Shown here: positions 19,423 through 28,691 of the stretch, piece after piece | Layout of the letters: every line of letters begins with the position of its first letter | Numbering within the stretch: the first letter of the stretch is position 1 | Source of the DNA: Alphaproteobacteria bacterium | GTDB taxonomy: Bacteria; Pseudomonadota; Alphaproteobacteria; UBA7887 | Length of the DNA: 64,000 bases | Assembly: GCA_965216755.1 (NCBI GenBank) | Contig: CBDCGL010000011.1 | Span: 480,001 to 544,000 of the forward strand | Reading direction: 5' to 3' | Notes under the pieces: model-generated | The model's database searches: none | What the model was told of the DNA's origin: nothing | Seen by the model: only the letters and a program-made list of their open reading frames with translations | Made by a program: the position numbers and the translations under genes

Positions 19423-19724
19423 TCATCTTGAGGCTATCGATAAGTCGTCCACAATATAGGATTTCGACGATAGCGGCATGTCTCATCCTGGCTATTCCCG
19501 GCTGTCCAAGAATGCCCGCGAGTACGGTGAAACTTGGGTGGTTAGCGGACCAAGTCGGTCATAACGATAGGCAGGGGATCGGCAAAGCGACACCGCCTCA
19601 TTTTTCACGGCGTGGGGACGCGATAGCCTGCCGAATGTTGCAAATTAGGTGATGTTTCGGTGGGGATTTCGTGGGGTGAGATTTCCGCCCAGGCAGCAAA
19701 TCAGCCGCAACTTCTTGATTTATA

Positions 19725-19799
19725 TGGTGGGCGCGACTGGGATTGAACCAGTGACCCCCGCCGTGTGAAGACGGTGCTCTCCCGCTGAGCTACGCGCCC
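19725..19799 (-). tRNA. tRNA-Val(CAC)
   Basis: Minus strand GGGCGCGTAGCTCAGCGGGAGAGCACCGTCTTCACACGGCGGGGGTCACTGGTTCAATCCCAGTCGCGCCCACCA; cloverleaf, anticodon CAC, encoded CCA. Confidence 0.96.
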
Positions 19800-19850
19800 A
19801 TCCGCACAAGACCACCCCGGCCGATATTTAGGGGCGCGGACAGGCTGCTC

Positions 19851-19878
19851 ATTAAATCCCCTTCGCACGCCCTGTCAA
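19851..19878 (-). promoter_or_regulatory. Sigma70-type promoter of the tRNA gene
   Basis: TTGACA-N16-TTTAAT about 50 bp upstream of the tRNA. Confidence 0.65.
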
Positions 19879-19885
19879 GCACGGG

Positions 19886-20566
19886 TCAGGCGATATTGCC
19901 GACCGACTCCAACGTGGCAAGCAACTGATCGAAGTGATCAATCAATGCATCGGCGCCCAGGTCACCGGGTGGAATGCGTGTGTATCCAAAAGAAACCAAA
20001 ACGATCGGCACACCGGCTGCCCTCGCCGTGCAGACATCCGTGCTGCTGTCGCCAACCATCACCGCACGCGTCAATCGGCCACCGGCACCGCCGACCGCGG
20101 CGGCCAGCGGAGCGGGGTCAGGTTTGCGGGTTGGCAAGGTGTCACCACCAATCACGGCGCCAAAGAACCGCGCCAAATCCAACTCGGCCAGTATTTCGTG
20201 GCTGAGACCCTCTGGTTTGTTGGTGCACACAGCCAACGGGCAACCGCGCGTCGCCAGCAGCTCCAGCGCGTCTACAACGCCCGGATACGGCTGCGTCGTC
20301 GCCGTCAACATCTGTTCATAATGGGCGAGGAAGCGAAGGCGTAGGGGCTCGACTTGGTCTTCGCCTAGCTCCCGACCGACTGTCGCCAAACCCCGTTCGA
20401 TCAACTTGACAGCGCCTTCGCCCACCATATGGCGAACGTCGGTCACGGAAACAGGCGCGATGTCTTCCTCTGCCAACAAGGCGTTTAGGGCGCCAGCCAA
20501 GTCCGGCGCGCTGTCGATCAACGTGCCATCAAGGTCGAATACGACGGAAATATGGGCATTGGGCAT
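19886..20566 (-). CDS. gph: Phosphoglycolate phosphatase (HAD)
   Basis: FDLDGTLIDSAPDL, CTNKP, GGDTL..RKPDP, MVGDS..D. Confidence 0.92.
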   Translation of the reverse strand: MPNAHISVVFDLDGTLIDSAPDLAGALNALLAEEDIAPVSVTDVRHMVGEGAVKLIERGLATVGRELGEDQVEPLRLRFLAHYEQMLTATTQPYPGVVDALELLATRGCPLAVCTNKPEGLSHEILAELDLARFFGAVIGGDTLPTRKPDPAPLAAAVGGAGGRLTRAVMVGDSSTDVCTARAAGVPIVLVSFGYTRIPPGDLGADALIDHFDQLLATLESVGNIA

Positions 20567-20745
20567 CAGCGATCCATCGCCGTCTGAGCGGATTCGGATG
20601 AGGGACGGCGGCGCGGCGCTACCGCACATCCCCCTGGTTACGCGACTCTACGCGACGGATAGGTAGGAATTGTTAAAACGTCGAACTGTGCCGCGCCGCA
20701 GCGAAGACGGTCGACGCCAGCCGTCCACGTTGCGCCACAAGCGTA

Positions 20746-21453
20746 CTATTGGACCATCGTCAGGAATTCATCCACCGTCCGCACCGCATGCGCGATTCGC
20801 GGATAATCCAGCTCGATCGCGGCATTCTGTTCCTCATGACTAAACGTAGCGACCGCGTCTTTGAGGAATGTTGTGTGATAGCCCATCTCAACAGCGTAGC
20901 GACCCGTCGACTCAACGCAGGTATTGGTGGCCAATCCGACAACGATGACATGATCAACGCCGCGCTTGCGAAGCTTGTAGTCAAGATCGGTGTTGGCAAA
21001 CCCACTCGACAGCCAGTGTTCCTCGGCGACCCCATCGCCGGCGCGCGGCGCCAGGTCAGGATGAAATTCGCCGCCCCAAGTCCCATCGGCGAAGACCTGT
21101 GATCTGGCAACGGCTTGATGCACAGGGTGCGGAAACTTCCAGGTTTCGAAGTCGCCCTCGCGCCAGCGCCGATGAGGGGCATAGACGACGTGCACGCCTT
21201 TGGCACGGGCGCCGTCGAGCAGCTTGCGGAGGTTTGGGACCAAGTTGACATCTTCGGCCACTGGCTGGACACGACTCCAGATCTTGCCGCCCTCCGAGAT
21301 AAAATCGTTATAGGGGTCAACCATGATGACGGCCGTCGATTCAGCCGGATAGGCGGCGTCTTCTGCGACCGAAGCCCGCATGTCTGCGCCGACAGTTCCC
21401 GCAAGGATAAGGCCGGCACAGAGAAACTTTGGAACGATGGGATGAATCGACAT
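20746..21453 (-). CDS. Isochorismatase-family cysteine hydrolase with predicted N-terminal signal peptide
   Basis: TAVIMVDPYNDF, SSGFANTDLD..L, GLATNTCVESTGR.A.E.GY; hydrophobic leader KFLCAGLILAGTVGA; GGAGG RBS. Confidence 0.85.
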   Translation of the reverse strand: MSIHPIVPKFLCAGLILAGTVGADMRASVAEDAAYPAESTAVIMVDPYNDFISEGGKIWSRVQPVAEDVNLVPNLRKLLDGARAKGVHVVYAPHRRWREGDFETWKFPHPVHQAVARSQVFADGTWGGEFHPDLAPRAGDGVAEEHWLSSGFANTDLDYKLRKRGVDHVIVVGLATNTCVESTGRYAVEMGYHTTFLKDAVATFSHEEQNAAIELDYPRIAHAVRTVDEFLTMVQ

Positions 21454-21682
21454 GAGCGCCTCCAGCGGTAAATTGAAACAACATATGTGGTGCGCGCAAA
21501 GGTTGGCATTGACCACCACAATCTTCAAATTCGTATTTGGTCTGGGACCTATGCCGGTATGCGGGTGCGATGCGTTATGATGCTTGATCCGCGCGGCCGC
21601 TGGCCTTGACTGGTCGCCAAAGGTCCCAACCTTGTCATCAAAAGCTGTTGAATATTAATGAATTTGGGCGAAAACCCTCAGA

Positions 21683-23044
21683 ATGAACGCTGACATATCC
21701 CAAAGAATCGGCGAGCGCATTGCTGTCGTTGTGTTGGCTGCCGGCAAAGGCACACGCATGCGTTCGCGTCTGCCAAAAGTCATGCACGCCATTGCTGGCC
21801 GTCCGATGATTGCGCAGGTGGTGGAAACCGCCGCCGCTCTGGAGCCTGCCATGGGCGTTGTTGTTGTCGGGCCAGACATGGAGGTGGTTGGCGCCGCCGC
21901 GGCGCCCTTCGATATTGTGCTCCAGCCGACGCAACGTGGCACGGGCGATGCCGTTATATGCGCCCGCGATCAGTTGGACGGGTTCGCCGGCGATGTGCTG
22001 GTGGTTTACGGTGATACGCCTCTGATCACGGCTGATACGTTGGCGGCATTGGTGGCGGCGCGGCGCGGCAATGGGGGGCATGCACTGGCGGTGCTGGGCT
22101 TTCGGCCGGCGGATCCCGCCGAGTACGGCAGGCTTGTCACCACCGATGACGGCGCCCTGGAAGCCATCGTCGAATATAAGGACGCTGACGCGGAAACGCG
22201 CGCGCTGGGTCTGTGTAATGCCGGGGCAATGGCAATTGACGGCAGTTTGCTGTTTTCGTTGCTCGACCAACTCGACGACAACAATGCCAAGGGCGAGTTA
22301 TATCTCACCGACCTGGTGAAGTTGGCGCGTGCGGCTGGCCGTCGGTGCACGGTGGCAGAGGCCGATCCGGTCGAGGTCGCCGGCATCAACACCCGCGCGC
22401 AGTTGGCCGAAGCAGAAGCGGCCATGCAGATACGGCTACGTCGGCGCGCGATGCAAAACGGTGTGACCTTGGTCGATCCGACGACGGTGTGGCTGGCCTA
22501 CGATACCCAGCTGGGTACGGACGTGATCGTCGGCCCTCACGTATTTTTCGGACCTGGTGTCTCGATTGGCGATGACGTCGAGATTTTGCCTTTTTGTCAC
22601 TTGGAACAGGCGCGCGTTGCCGCGCGGGCGCGGATTGGGCCGTACGCGCGCTTGCGCCCCGGCGCCAACATTGGCGATGGGGCCCGCATTGGCAATTTTG
22701 TCGAAGTGAAAGCGGCGACCGTCGAGCCGGGCGCCAAAGTCAACCACTTGACTTATATCGGCGATGCCCGGGTCGGCGCGCACGCCAATGTTGGCGCGGG
22801 AACGATCACCTGCAACTACGATGGCTTTCGGAAGTCCCATACCGATATTGGTGTCGGGGCGTTCATCGGCTCAAATTCGGCGCTCATTGCACCAGTGGCC
22901 GTCGGCGATGGCGCGATCGTCGGCGCCGGTAGCGTTATCACGCACGATGTACCCAAGGATGGGCTTTCGATCGCCCGTGGAGACCAAAGCAATATTGCGG
23001 GCGGCGCCGAGCGATGGCGATCCCGACGGCGGAAATCCGACTAG
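21683..23044 (+). CDS. glmU: Bifunctional UDP-GlcNAc pyrophosphorylase / glucosamine-1-P acetyltransferase
   Basis: LAAGKGTRM.S.LPKV.H, GPYARLRPG, GNFVEVK, GAGTITCNYDG. Confidence 0.97.
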   Translation: MNADISQRIGERIAVVVLAAGKGTRMRSRLPKVMHAIAGRPMIAQVVETAAALEPAMGVVVVGPDMEVVGAAAAPFDIVLQPTQRGTGDAVICARDQLDGFAGDVLVVYGDTPLITADTLAALVAARRGNGGHALAVLGFRPADPAEYGRLVTTDDGALEAIVEYKDADAETRALGLCNAGAMAIDGSLLFSLLDQLDDNNAKGELYLTDLVKLARAAGRRCTVAEADPVEVAGINTRAQLAEAEAAMQIRLRRRAMQNGVTLVDPTTVWLAYDTQLGTDVIVGPHVFFGPGVSIGDDVEILPFCHLEQARVAARARIGPYARLRPGANIGDGARIGNFVEVKAATVEPGAKVNHLTYIGDARVGAHANVGAGTITCNYDGFRKSHTDIGVGAFIGSNSALIAPVAVGDGAIVGAGSVITHDVPKDGLSIARGDQSNIAGGAERWRSRRRKSD

Positions 23045-23068
23045 CGTGCCTACGGCAGGGAGCGGCGC

Positions 23069-24892
23069 ATGTGCGGTATCATTGGCGTCTTAGGCACCAA
23101 CCAAGCGACGCCGCTCATTTTTGACGGACTTAAGCGGCTGGAATATCGCGGCTATGATTCAGCCGGCGTCGCGACATTGGTCGACGGCCGCATCGACCGT
23201 CGTCGTGCCGAAGGGAAACTGCAGAATCTTCAAGCGGTTCTGGAGAATGAACCGCTGCCTGGCACAATCGGTATCGGTCACACCCGGTGGGCCACCCACG
23301 GCGTGCCGTCGACCGAAAACGCCCATCCCCATGCCACTGCGCGAGTTGCCGTGGTTCACAACGGTATCATCGAGAACTTCCAGCCCTTGCGCGCAGAACT
23401 GACCGACTTGGGTCACAAATTTGAGAACGACACCGATACTGAGGTCGTTGTTCACCTGGTGACCCATTTTTTTGACCAGGGCATGAGTCCACAAAATGCC
23501 ACGGTTGCCATGTTGGCGAAGGTCCAAGGGGCTTTCGCGCTGGGCCTTTTGTTCGCCGGCGAGGATGATCTCCTGATCGGGGCGCGCCGTGGCTGCCCTT
23601 TGGCCGTGGGGGTCGGCGAAGGCGAGATGTATTTGGCCTCTGATGCCATCGCCTTGGCACCGATGACCCGACAGATTGTGTACTTGGAAGAGGGCGATTG
23701 GGCGGAGATTAGCCGTCGTGGAGTCGTCGTCCATGATAACGAGGGCGCGGTCATCGACCGGCCGGTACGCACGACCATGCATACCGGGGCCGCCATCGGT
23801 AAAGGCAACTACCGCCACTTCATGGAAAAGGAAATTCATGAGCAACCGACAGTCATCGGCGATACAGTTCATAGTTTCTTTAATCCGGTCGAGCGCACAC
23901 TGAAAATTGCCGATTTGCCGATTGATTTGGCACAGATAAGCCGGCTGAGCATTGTCGCGTGTGGCACGTCATTCTATGCGGGGCTGGTGGCGAAATATTG
24001 GTTCGAAACCATTGCGCGAATCCCGGTGGATATCGATATCGCCTCGGAGTATCGTTACCGTGAGGCGCCGATCACCAATGGCAGCCTTGGTCTATTTATA
24101 TCCCAAAGCGGCGAAACCGCAGATACGTTGGCGGCATTGCGGCACGCACGTGTCGGTGGTCAGCCGGCGCTGAGTGTTGTTAACGTGCCGGAAAGCACGA
24201 TGGCGCGTGAGTCCGATGCGGTCATGTGCACTTTGGCGGGGCCAGAGATTGGTGTTGCGTCGACCAAAGCATTCACCACGCAATTGGCGACGTTGGCATG
24301 TCTCGCCATAGTCTGTGCCCGTCAACGTGGCATGATCGATGCCGCGCGCGAGGCCCGCCTGGCGTCGGCGTTGACCGAAGTGCCGTCGCGTACGGTCGAG
24401 GTTCTGAATCATGACGAACACCTGCATGCCATTGCCGACGCCATCCACGACGTGCGTGATGTTCTCTATATCGGTCGGGGGACCTCATATCCGATCGCCA
24501 TGGAAGGTGCGCTGAAACTCAAAGAAATCTCGTATATTCACGCTGAGGGATACGCCGCCGGAGAATTGAAGCATGGTCCGATCGCCCTGATCGACGAAGG
24601 TGTTCCCGTCATTGTGATCGCCCCAACCGATGGTTTGTTCGAAAAAACAAAATCGAATGTGGAAGAGGTCATGGCTCGGGGCGGCCGTGTGGTAATGATG
24701 AGCGATCAGGCGGGCGTCGACGCTGTATCGGACCGCGCGTTTGCGACTGTTGCGCTGCCCAAGGTCGATCCTTTTGTTGCACCAATTCTTTATGCCATTC
24801 CGGTACAATTGCTTGCCTATCATGTTGCCGTTCTTAAAGGCACCGATGTCGACCAACCGCGCAACCTGGCAAAATCGGTCACTGTGGAATAA
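23069..24892 (+). CDS. glmS: Glutamine--fructose-6-phosphate transaminase
   Basis: MCGI, LEYRGYDSAG, GHTRWATHG, SQSGETADT, QPRNLAKSVTVE. Confidence 0.98.
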   Translation: MCGIIGVLGTNQATPLIFDGLKRLEYRGYDSAGVATLVDGRIDRRRAEGKLQNLQAVLENEPLPGTIGIGHTRWATHGVPSTENAHPHATARVAVVHNGIIENFQPLRAELTDLGHKFENDTDTEVVVHLVTHFFDQGMSPQNATVAMLAKVQGAFALGLLFAGEDDLLIGARRGCPLAVGVGEGEMYLASDAIALAPMTRQIVYLEEGDWAEISRRGVVVHDNEGAVIDRPVRTTMHTGAAIGKGNYRHFMEKEIHEQPTVIGDTVHSFFNPVERTLKIADLPIDLAQISRLSIVACGTSFYAGLVAKYWFETIARIPVDIDIASEYRYREAPITNGSLGLFISQSGETADTLAALRHARVGGQPALSVVNVPESTMARESDAVMCTLAGPEIGVASTKAFTTQLATLACLAIVCARQRGMIDAAREARLASALTEVPSRTVEVLNHDEHLHAIADAIHDVRDVLYIGRGTSYPIAMEGALKLKEISYIHAEGYAAGELKHGPIALIDEGVPVIVIAPTDGLFEKTKSNVEEVMARGGRVVMMSDQAGVDAVSDRAFATVALPKVDPFVAPILYAIPVQLLAYHVAVLKGTDVDQPRNLAKSVTVE

Positions 24893-24946
24893 CGACCGCG
24901 AGGCCAGAGGTTCATTCCGGACCGGAGCGTCGACGTGCGAGGGACG

Positions 24947-25588
24947 ATGACTGTGTATCCGCCGGAATTGTTCTCGAACCATGATCTTTCACAGGCTTTG
25001 CATATCGCGGCGCAAGTCAAGTTTGCGACGATATGTTTCGCCGAAACGCCCGACCAGGATGTGGTGTTTGCGCCATTCGTGCTTGGCGGTCACCCTGACG
25101 CGCCGGTCTTCTTTGGCCACCTGGCGCGCGCAAACCCACTTAACGAAATCCTTTCTCGTGGCGATAAGAACGCCCGGCTCATATTTCAGGCGGCCGACGC
25201 CTACGTTTCGCCCGCGGTCTACTCGGAGAAAGCCCGATCCGGAAAAGTCGTGCCGACGTGGAACTATGTCGCCTCACAGTTTGCTGGCGCGCTTGGGTGC
25301 GTTCCGAATGAACAATTGATGGATATTCTTTGTCAGCAAGTCGATGACTTCGAACGTGCCGTCGATTCAAACTGGAAACTAGACGATGCGCCGGCGGATT
25401 TCTTGGATCACATGGCCAACGGTATCTTCGGCATAAAATTTGTGCCGCGTACTTGGACCGTTCACAAGAAGCTCAGCCAAAATCGTCAGGAAGATCGCCT
25501 GATAGTGTTGTCTTGGTTGGAAAAGCGGGACACGCCCAAGACATCATTGTCCACTTGGATGAAGTTGGATCTCGGCGGCGACGGCTGA
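24947..25588 (+). CDS. PaiB-like FMN-binding protein
   Basis: Y.P..F, GHLARANP, AYVSP..Y, VPTWNY, KLSQNR. Confidence 0.85.
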   Translation: MTVYPPELFSNHDLSQALHIAAQVKFATICFAETPDQDVVFAPFVLGGHPDAPVFFGHLARANPLNEILSRGDKNARLIFQAADAYVSPAVYSEKARSGKVVPTWNYVASQFAGALGCVPNEQLMDILCQQVDDFERAVDSNWKLDDAPADFLDHMANGIFGIKFVPRTWTVHKKLSQNRQEDRLIVLSWLEKRDTPKTSLSTWMKLDLGGDG

Positions 25589-25606
25589 CGGCATGCGGGG
25601 CACAAG

Positions 25607-26137
25607 ATGCACATCGTTCAGGTCGGACGAGATGGCGTCGACGAGGCATTTAGACAAGACGTTCGTGGTGTCTTCGTATTGTCGTCGGCCACCGCGAGAC
25701 GGCTCGTTGGCGGGGCGCAGGACACATTTTTTGCCGATTGGGCGGGTTGTTACCTGGACAATTGGCCGGACTGTGTCTATGCGGCACGTTCGCGGACCGG
25801 TCGCCTGGTCGGCTATTTGACGGGCTGTCCTGACACCACTGCGTCCGCGGCGCAGCTCGCGCACATTGACTACATGGCCGCGTTCGCCGACTGGTACAGC
25901 GCCTACCCGGCGCATTTTCACGTCAACTGCCATCCCAATGACCGTGGTCATGGCCTCGGCACAGCATTGGTCGGAGTGTTTGTTGAGTCCTGCCGCGCCC
26001 ATAGACTTTCGGGTGTCCATGTGGTCACCGCATCCGAGTCGCGTAATCGCAGTTTTTATCGCCGCTGCGGTTTTGAGTTGGTTGAGTCGGCCAAAGTCGG
26101 TGGGCGCGCTCTTGTTCTGCTCGGTCTTGCCCTATGA
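25607..26137 (+). CDS. GNAT-family N-acetyltransferase
   Basis: YPAHFHVNCHP..RGHGLG..L, GVH.VT...RNRSFY...GF. Confidence 0.85.
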   Translation: MHIVQVGRDGVDEAFRQDVRGVFVLSSATARRLVGGAQDTFFADWAGCYLDNWPDCVYAARSRTGRLVGYLTGCPDTTASAAQLAHIDYMAAFADWYSAYPAHFHVNCHPNDRGHGLGTALVGVFVESCRAHRLSGVHVVTASESRNRSFYRRCGFELVESAKVGGRALVLLGLAL

Positions 26138-26168
26138 TGAGGGAATGACAGGCGAAGGAGCGACAAAG

Positions 26169-27107
26169 ATGCGCATTGCGGTGATCGGCGCCGGCGGCGT
26201 CGGTGGATATTTCGGTGGCCGGTTGGCGGCGGATGGGCACGACGTCGTGTTTGTTCAACGCGGCGCCCATTTGGACGCCATGCGCGATAGCGGCCTTCGG
26301 GTAACCAGCGCGCTCGGCGATATTGTGCTCGACAGTGTGCATGCGACTGACAATCCGGACGCCATAGGTCCCGTTGATATTGTGTTGATTGCCGTGAAAA
26401 GCGGCGGCACGGAAGAGGCGGGTTGGGCCGCGCGGACGATGCTTGGGCCCGAGACAGGGGTCATCTCACTTCAGAATGGTGTCGAGAATGAAGATCGTTT
26501 GGTGCCCATTGTCGGCACCGACCATGTCATGGGCGGGGTCGCCTATATCTTGTCGCTGATTGAAGAGCCTGGCCACGTTGCCCACAAAGGGCCCTTTGCG
26601 CGCTTGATATTTGGCGAGCGCGACGGCGCACGTAGCGCCCGCGCCGGTGCTTTTCTGACTGCGTGCCTTAATGCGGGCATCGACGCAGAGTTGTCTGAGA
26701 ATATTGAACAAGCGCTTTGGGTCAAATTCGTCGGCCTTTGCCCCCATAACGGCATGACTGCGCTGACTCGCGCGCCGATTGGCGCTGTTCGAACCGACTC
26801 TCATTGTCGTGCGTTGCTAGAACAAGCGACTTTGGAAGCGATTGCCGTCGCGCATGCAAGCGGTATCGTTTTACCGGCCGACTTTACGGACTCGCCGATG
26901 TTGGTCCATGACGAAAAGCCGCCCAATATGACATCGTCGATGCACTACGACATTACGCATGGCAAACCGCTTGAGCTTGAGTGGCTCAACGGTGCAGTTA
27001 TCCGCTTGGGGCGCCAATTGACAGTCGCGACACCTGTAAACGCATTCATCTATGCGGCACTGAAGCTCAGTATGAACGGTCCACCCATGGAACTTGATGG
27101 CGCATAG
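26169..27107 (+). CDS. panE: 2-dehydropantoate 2-reductase (ketopantoate reductase)
   Basis: MRIAVIGAGGVGGYFG, SLQNGV, LW.K, SSM..D...GK.LE...LNGAV; AAGGAG RBS. Confidence 0.9.
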   Translation: MRIAVIGAGGVGGYFGGRLAADGHDVVFVQRGAHLDAMRDSGLRVTSALGDIVLDSVHATDNPDAIGPVDIVLIAVKSGGTEEAGWAARTMLGPETGVISLQNGVENEDRLVPIVGTDHVMGGVAYILSLIEEPGHVAHKGPFARLIFGERDGARSARAGAFLTACLNAGIDAELSENIEQALWVKFVGLCPHNGMTALTRAPIGAVRTDSHCRALLEQATLEAIAVAHASGIVLPADFTDSPMLVHDEKPPNMTSSMHYDITHGKPLELEWLNGAVIRLGRQLTVATPVNAFIYAALKLSMNGPPMELDGA

Positions 27108-27112
27108 GAATA

Positions 27113-27138
27113 GGGACGGCGGCCAAGGCCGCCGCCCC
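27113..27138. terminator. GC-rich hairpin between convergent genes, possible bidirectional terminator
   Basis: GGGACGGCGGCC-AA-GGCCGCCGCCCC. Confidence 0.5.
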
Positions 27139-27303
27139 CGGGGGTGAGAGGGCCCCAAAGGGGCTACCCCTCCCGGGCGGTGAATGTGGCTGATCACCGC
27201 CCGGTGGATCCCGTCGACGACGAGAAAGGATCCGATCGCCGGCGGGGAGCCGATAGTGATGTGCTGGGGCCGCGTTGTGGCGGCCCCAGCCGGAACCGGC
27301 GCG

Positions 27304-28473
27304 CTATCGACGATACTCTTCGGGCAGCAAGAACATGTGGTCTTGGTCTTCGCCAACGACATTGTGGCAATCGGCACAGAACTTGACCTTGTCTGAACCG
27401 TCGGCATTGGTTTCGCCGAACACGGAACCATTAGGCATAATCATCGTGTACTTCCAGTCTCCCGTCTCGCCATTGAAACCGGCGTCCATTTTTTCCATAA
27501 GGAACAGCGGGCCGATTGTCACCTGGCCCTTTTTGTTGACGCCAAAGCTGTCCTTGGCCAAGACCGATCCGGCTGGCATCGTGCCGAGGTCTTCATAGCG
27601 ACTGTAAGCATCGGTGCCGATGTCGTTGGAGAAGTTGTTCACATAACGATTGCCATGGGTGCCTGAAACATAAGGATTGGTCGCGAAATTTGTCCACGAT
27701 GTGTAGGTCTGGGCGGTGGCATTCCCGGAACCTGCATAGGCGGCCGCGATCGTGCCTTGGGCGCAATCGTAGGCAGCCTTGGCTTCGGCATCGGTGAGTT
27801 CGACACCTCCACCAGCGCCGCATGGGCCGCACGGGTTGCAAGCACCGCACGGATTGCACGGGTTGGCGGCCGCGCAGGGATTGCACGGATTGCAGGCGCC
27901 ACAAGCCGCTGCGCAGGGATTGCACGGATTGCAGGCGCCACAAGCCGCTGCGCAGGGATTACACGGGTTGCAGGCGCCACAGGCCGCCGCGCAGGGATTG
28001 CACGGGTTGCAAGCGCCACAGGCCGCTGCACAGGGATTGCACGGATTGCAAGCGCCACAGGCGGCTGCGCAAGGATTACAAGGATTACACGCACCGCAGG
28101 GATTGCACGGATTGCAGGCGCCACAGGCCGCTGCGCAGGGATTACACGCGATCCGGGGCACCACGCACTCGGTCACGGCGCCGCCACCAGCGCCGCAGGG
28201 GTTACAGGCGCCACAGGGATTGCAAGCGCCGCAGGGGTTACACGCGCCGCACGGATTGCAGGCACCACAGGCCGCGGCGCAGGGGTTGCACCCACCACAG
28301 GGGTTACAGGCACCGCAGGCTTTGCAAGGTCTGCAGGCTTGTGCGACTTGGGTCGCCTGGCCGGACTGCCCAGACTGAGCAATATCCGCACAGGCCGTCG
28401 CCGCTAAGCCCACGCCCACAAACATCGGAATAAACGTAGTACTCAGCAGGCGATTCTTTGTCTGCTCATTCAT
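27304..28473 (-). CDS. Exported cytochrome P460 / c'-beta family protein with a long Cys-rich (CNPC) N-terminal repeat region
   Basis: Signal-like leader ending ATAC; ~170 aa of CxxC repeats; C-terminal domain THG.RYV..., [21 protein letters not shown]....GDW.Y, CADCH near the C-terminus. Confidence 0.85.
   Translation of the reverse strand: MNEQTKNRLLSTTFIPMFVGVGLAATACADIAQSGQSGQATQVAQACRPCKACGACNPCGGCNPCAAACGACNPCGACNPCGACNPCGACNPCGAGGGAVTECVVPRIACNPCAAACGACNPCNPCGACNPCNPCAAACGACNPCNPCAAACGACNPCNPCAAACGACNPCNPCAAACGACNPCNPCAAACGACNPCNPCAAANPCNPCGACNPCGPCGAGGGVELTDAEAKAAYDCAQGTIAAAYAGSGNATAQTYTSWTNFATNPYVSGTHGNRYVNNFSNDIGTDAYSRYEDLGTMPAGSVLAKDSFGVNKKGQVTIGPLFLMEKMDAGFNGETGDWKYTMIMPNGSVFGETNADGSDKVKFCADCHNVVGEDQDHMFLLPEEYRR
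27830..28335. repeat. Intragenic tandem repeats (39-bp units plus shorter 9/18-bp units) encoding [13 protein letters not shown]
   Basis: About six 39-bp units GCGCAGGGATTGCACGGATTGCAGGCGCCACAAGCCGCT with mostly synonymous variation. Confidence 0.92.
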
Positions 28474-28691
28474 TTCCCTTCTCTCCCTCCGACAGGATCC
28501 ATTTATCGCTCGCCATTACAGGGACTTGCCTAACTGTTTCCGAGTCAATTCTTTTCACGGGATTGTGACGGCACTGAATGCGTCATCGCCGACCCTGAGT
28601 TGGGCCGTGGCTCGCACCGTCTTGTCACGTGCTATAGTCCCGGCGCGGGCGACCGGCGGCGTCAGGTTCGCTGCGCCAAAGGGGGGTGCGC

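Noticed and set aside
27830-28335. Possible CRISPR array
   Set aside because: Repeats are contiguous, in frame and lack unique spacers; no cas genes are present.
27757-28433. Repetitive ORFs in other frames ([12 protein letters not shown]; [10 protein letters not shown]; [10 protein letters not shown]; PAIRAIP)
   Set aside because: Shadows of the CNPC repeat. Only the minus-strand 27304-28473 frame has an RBS, a signal peptide and a folded heme domain.
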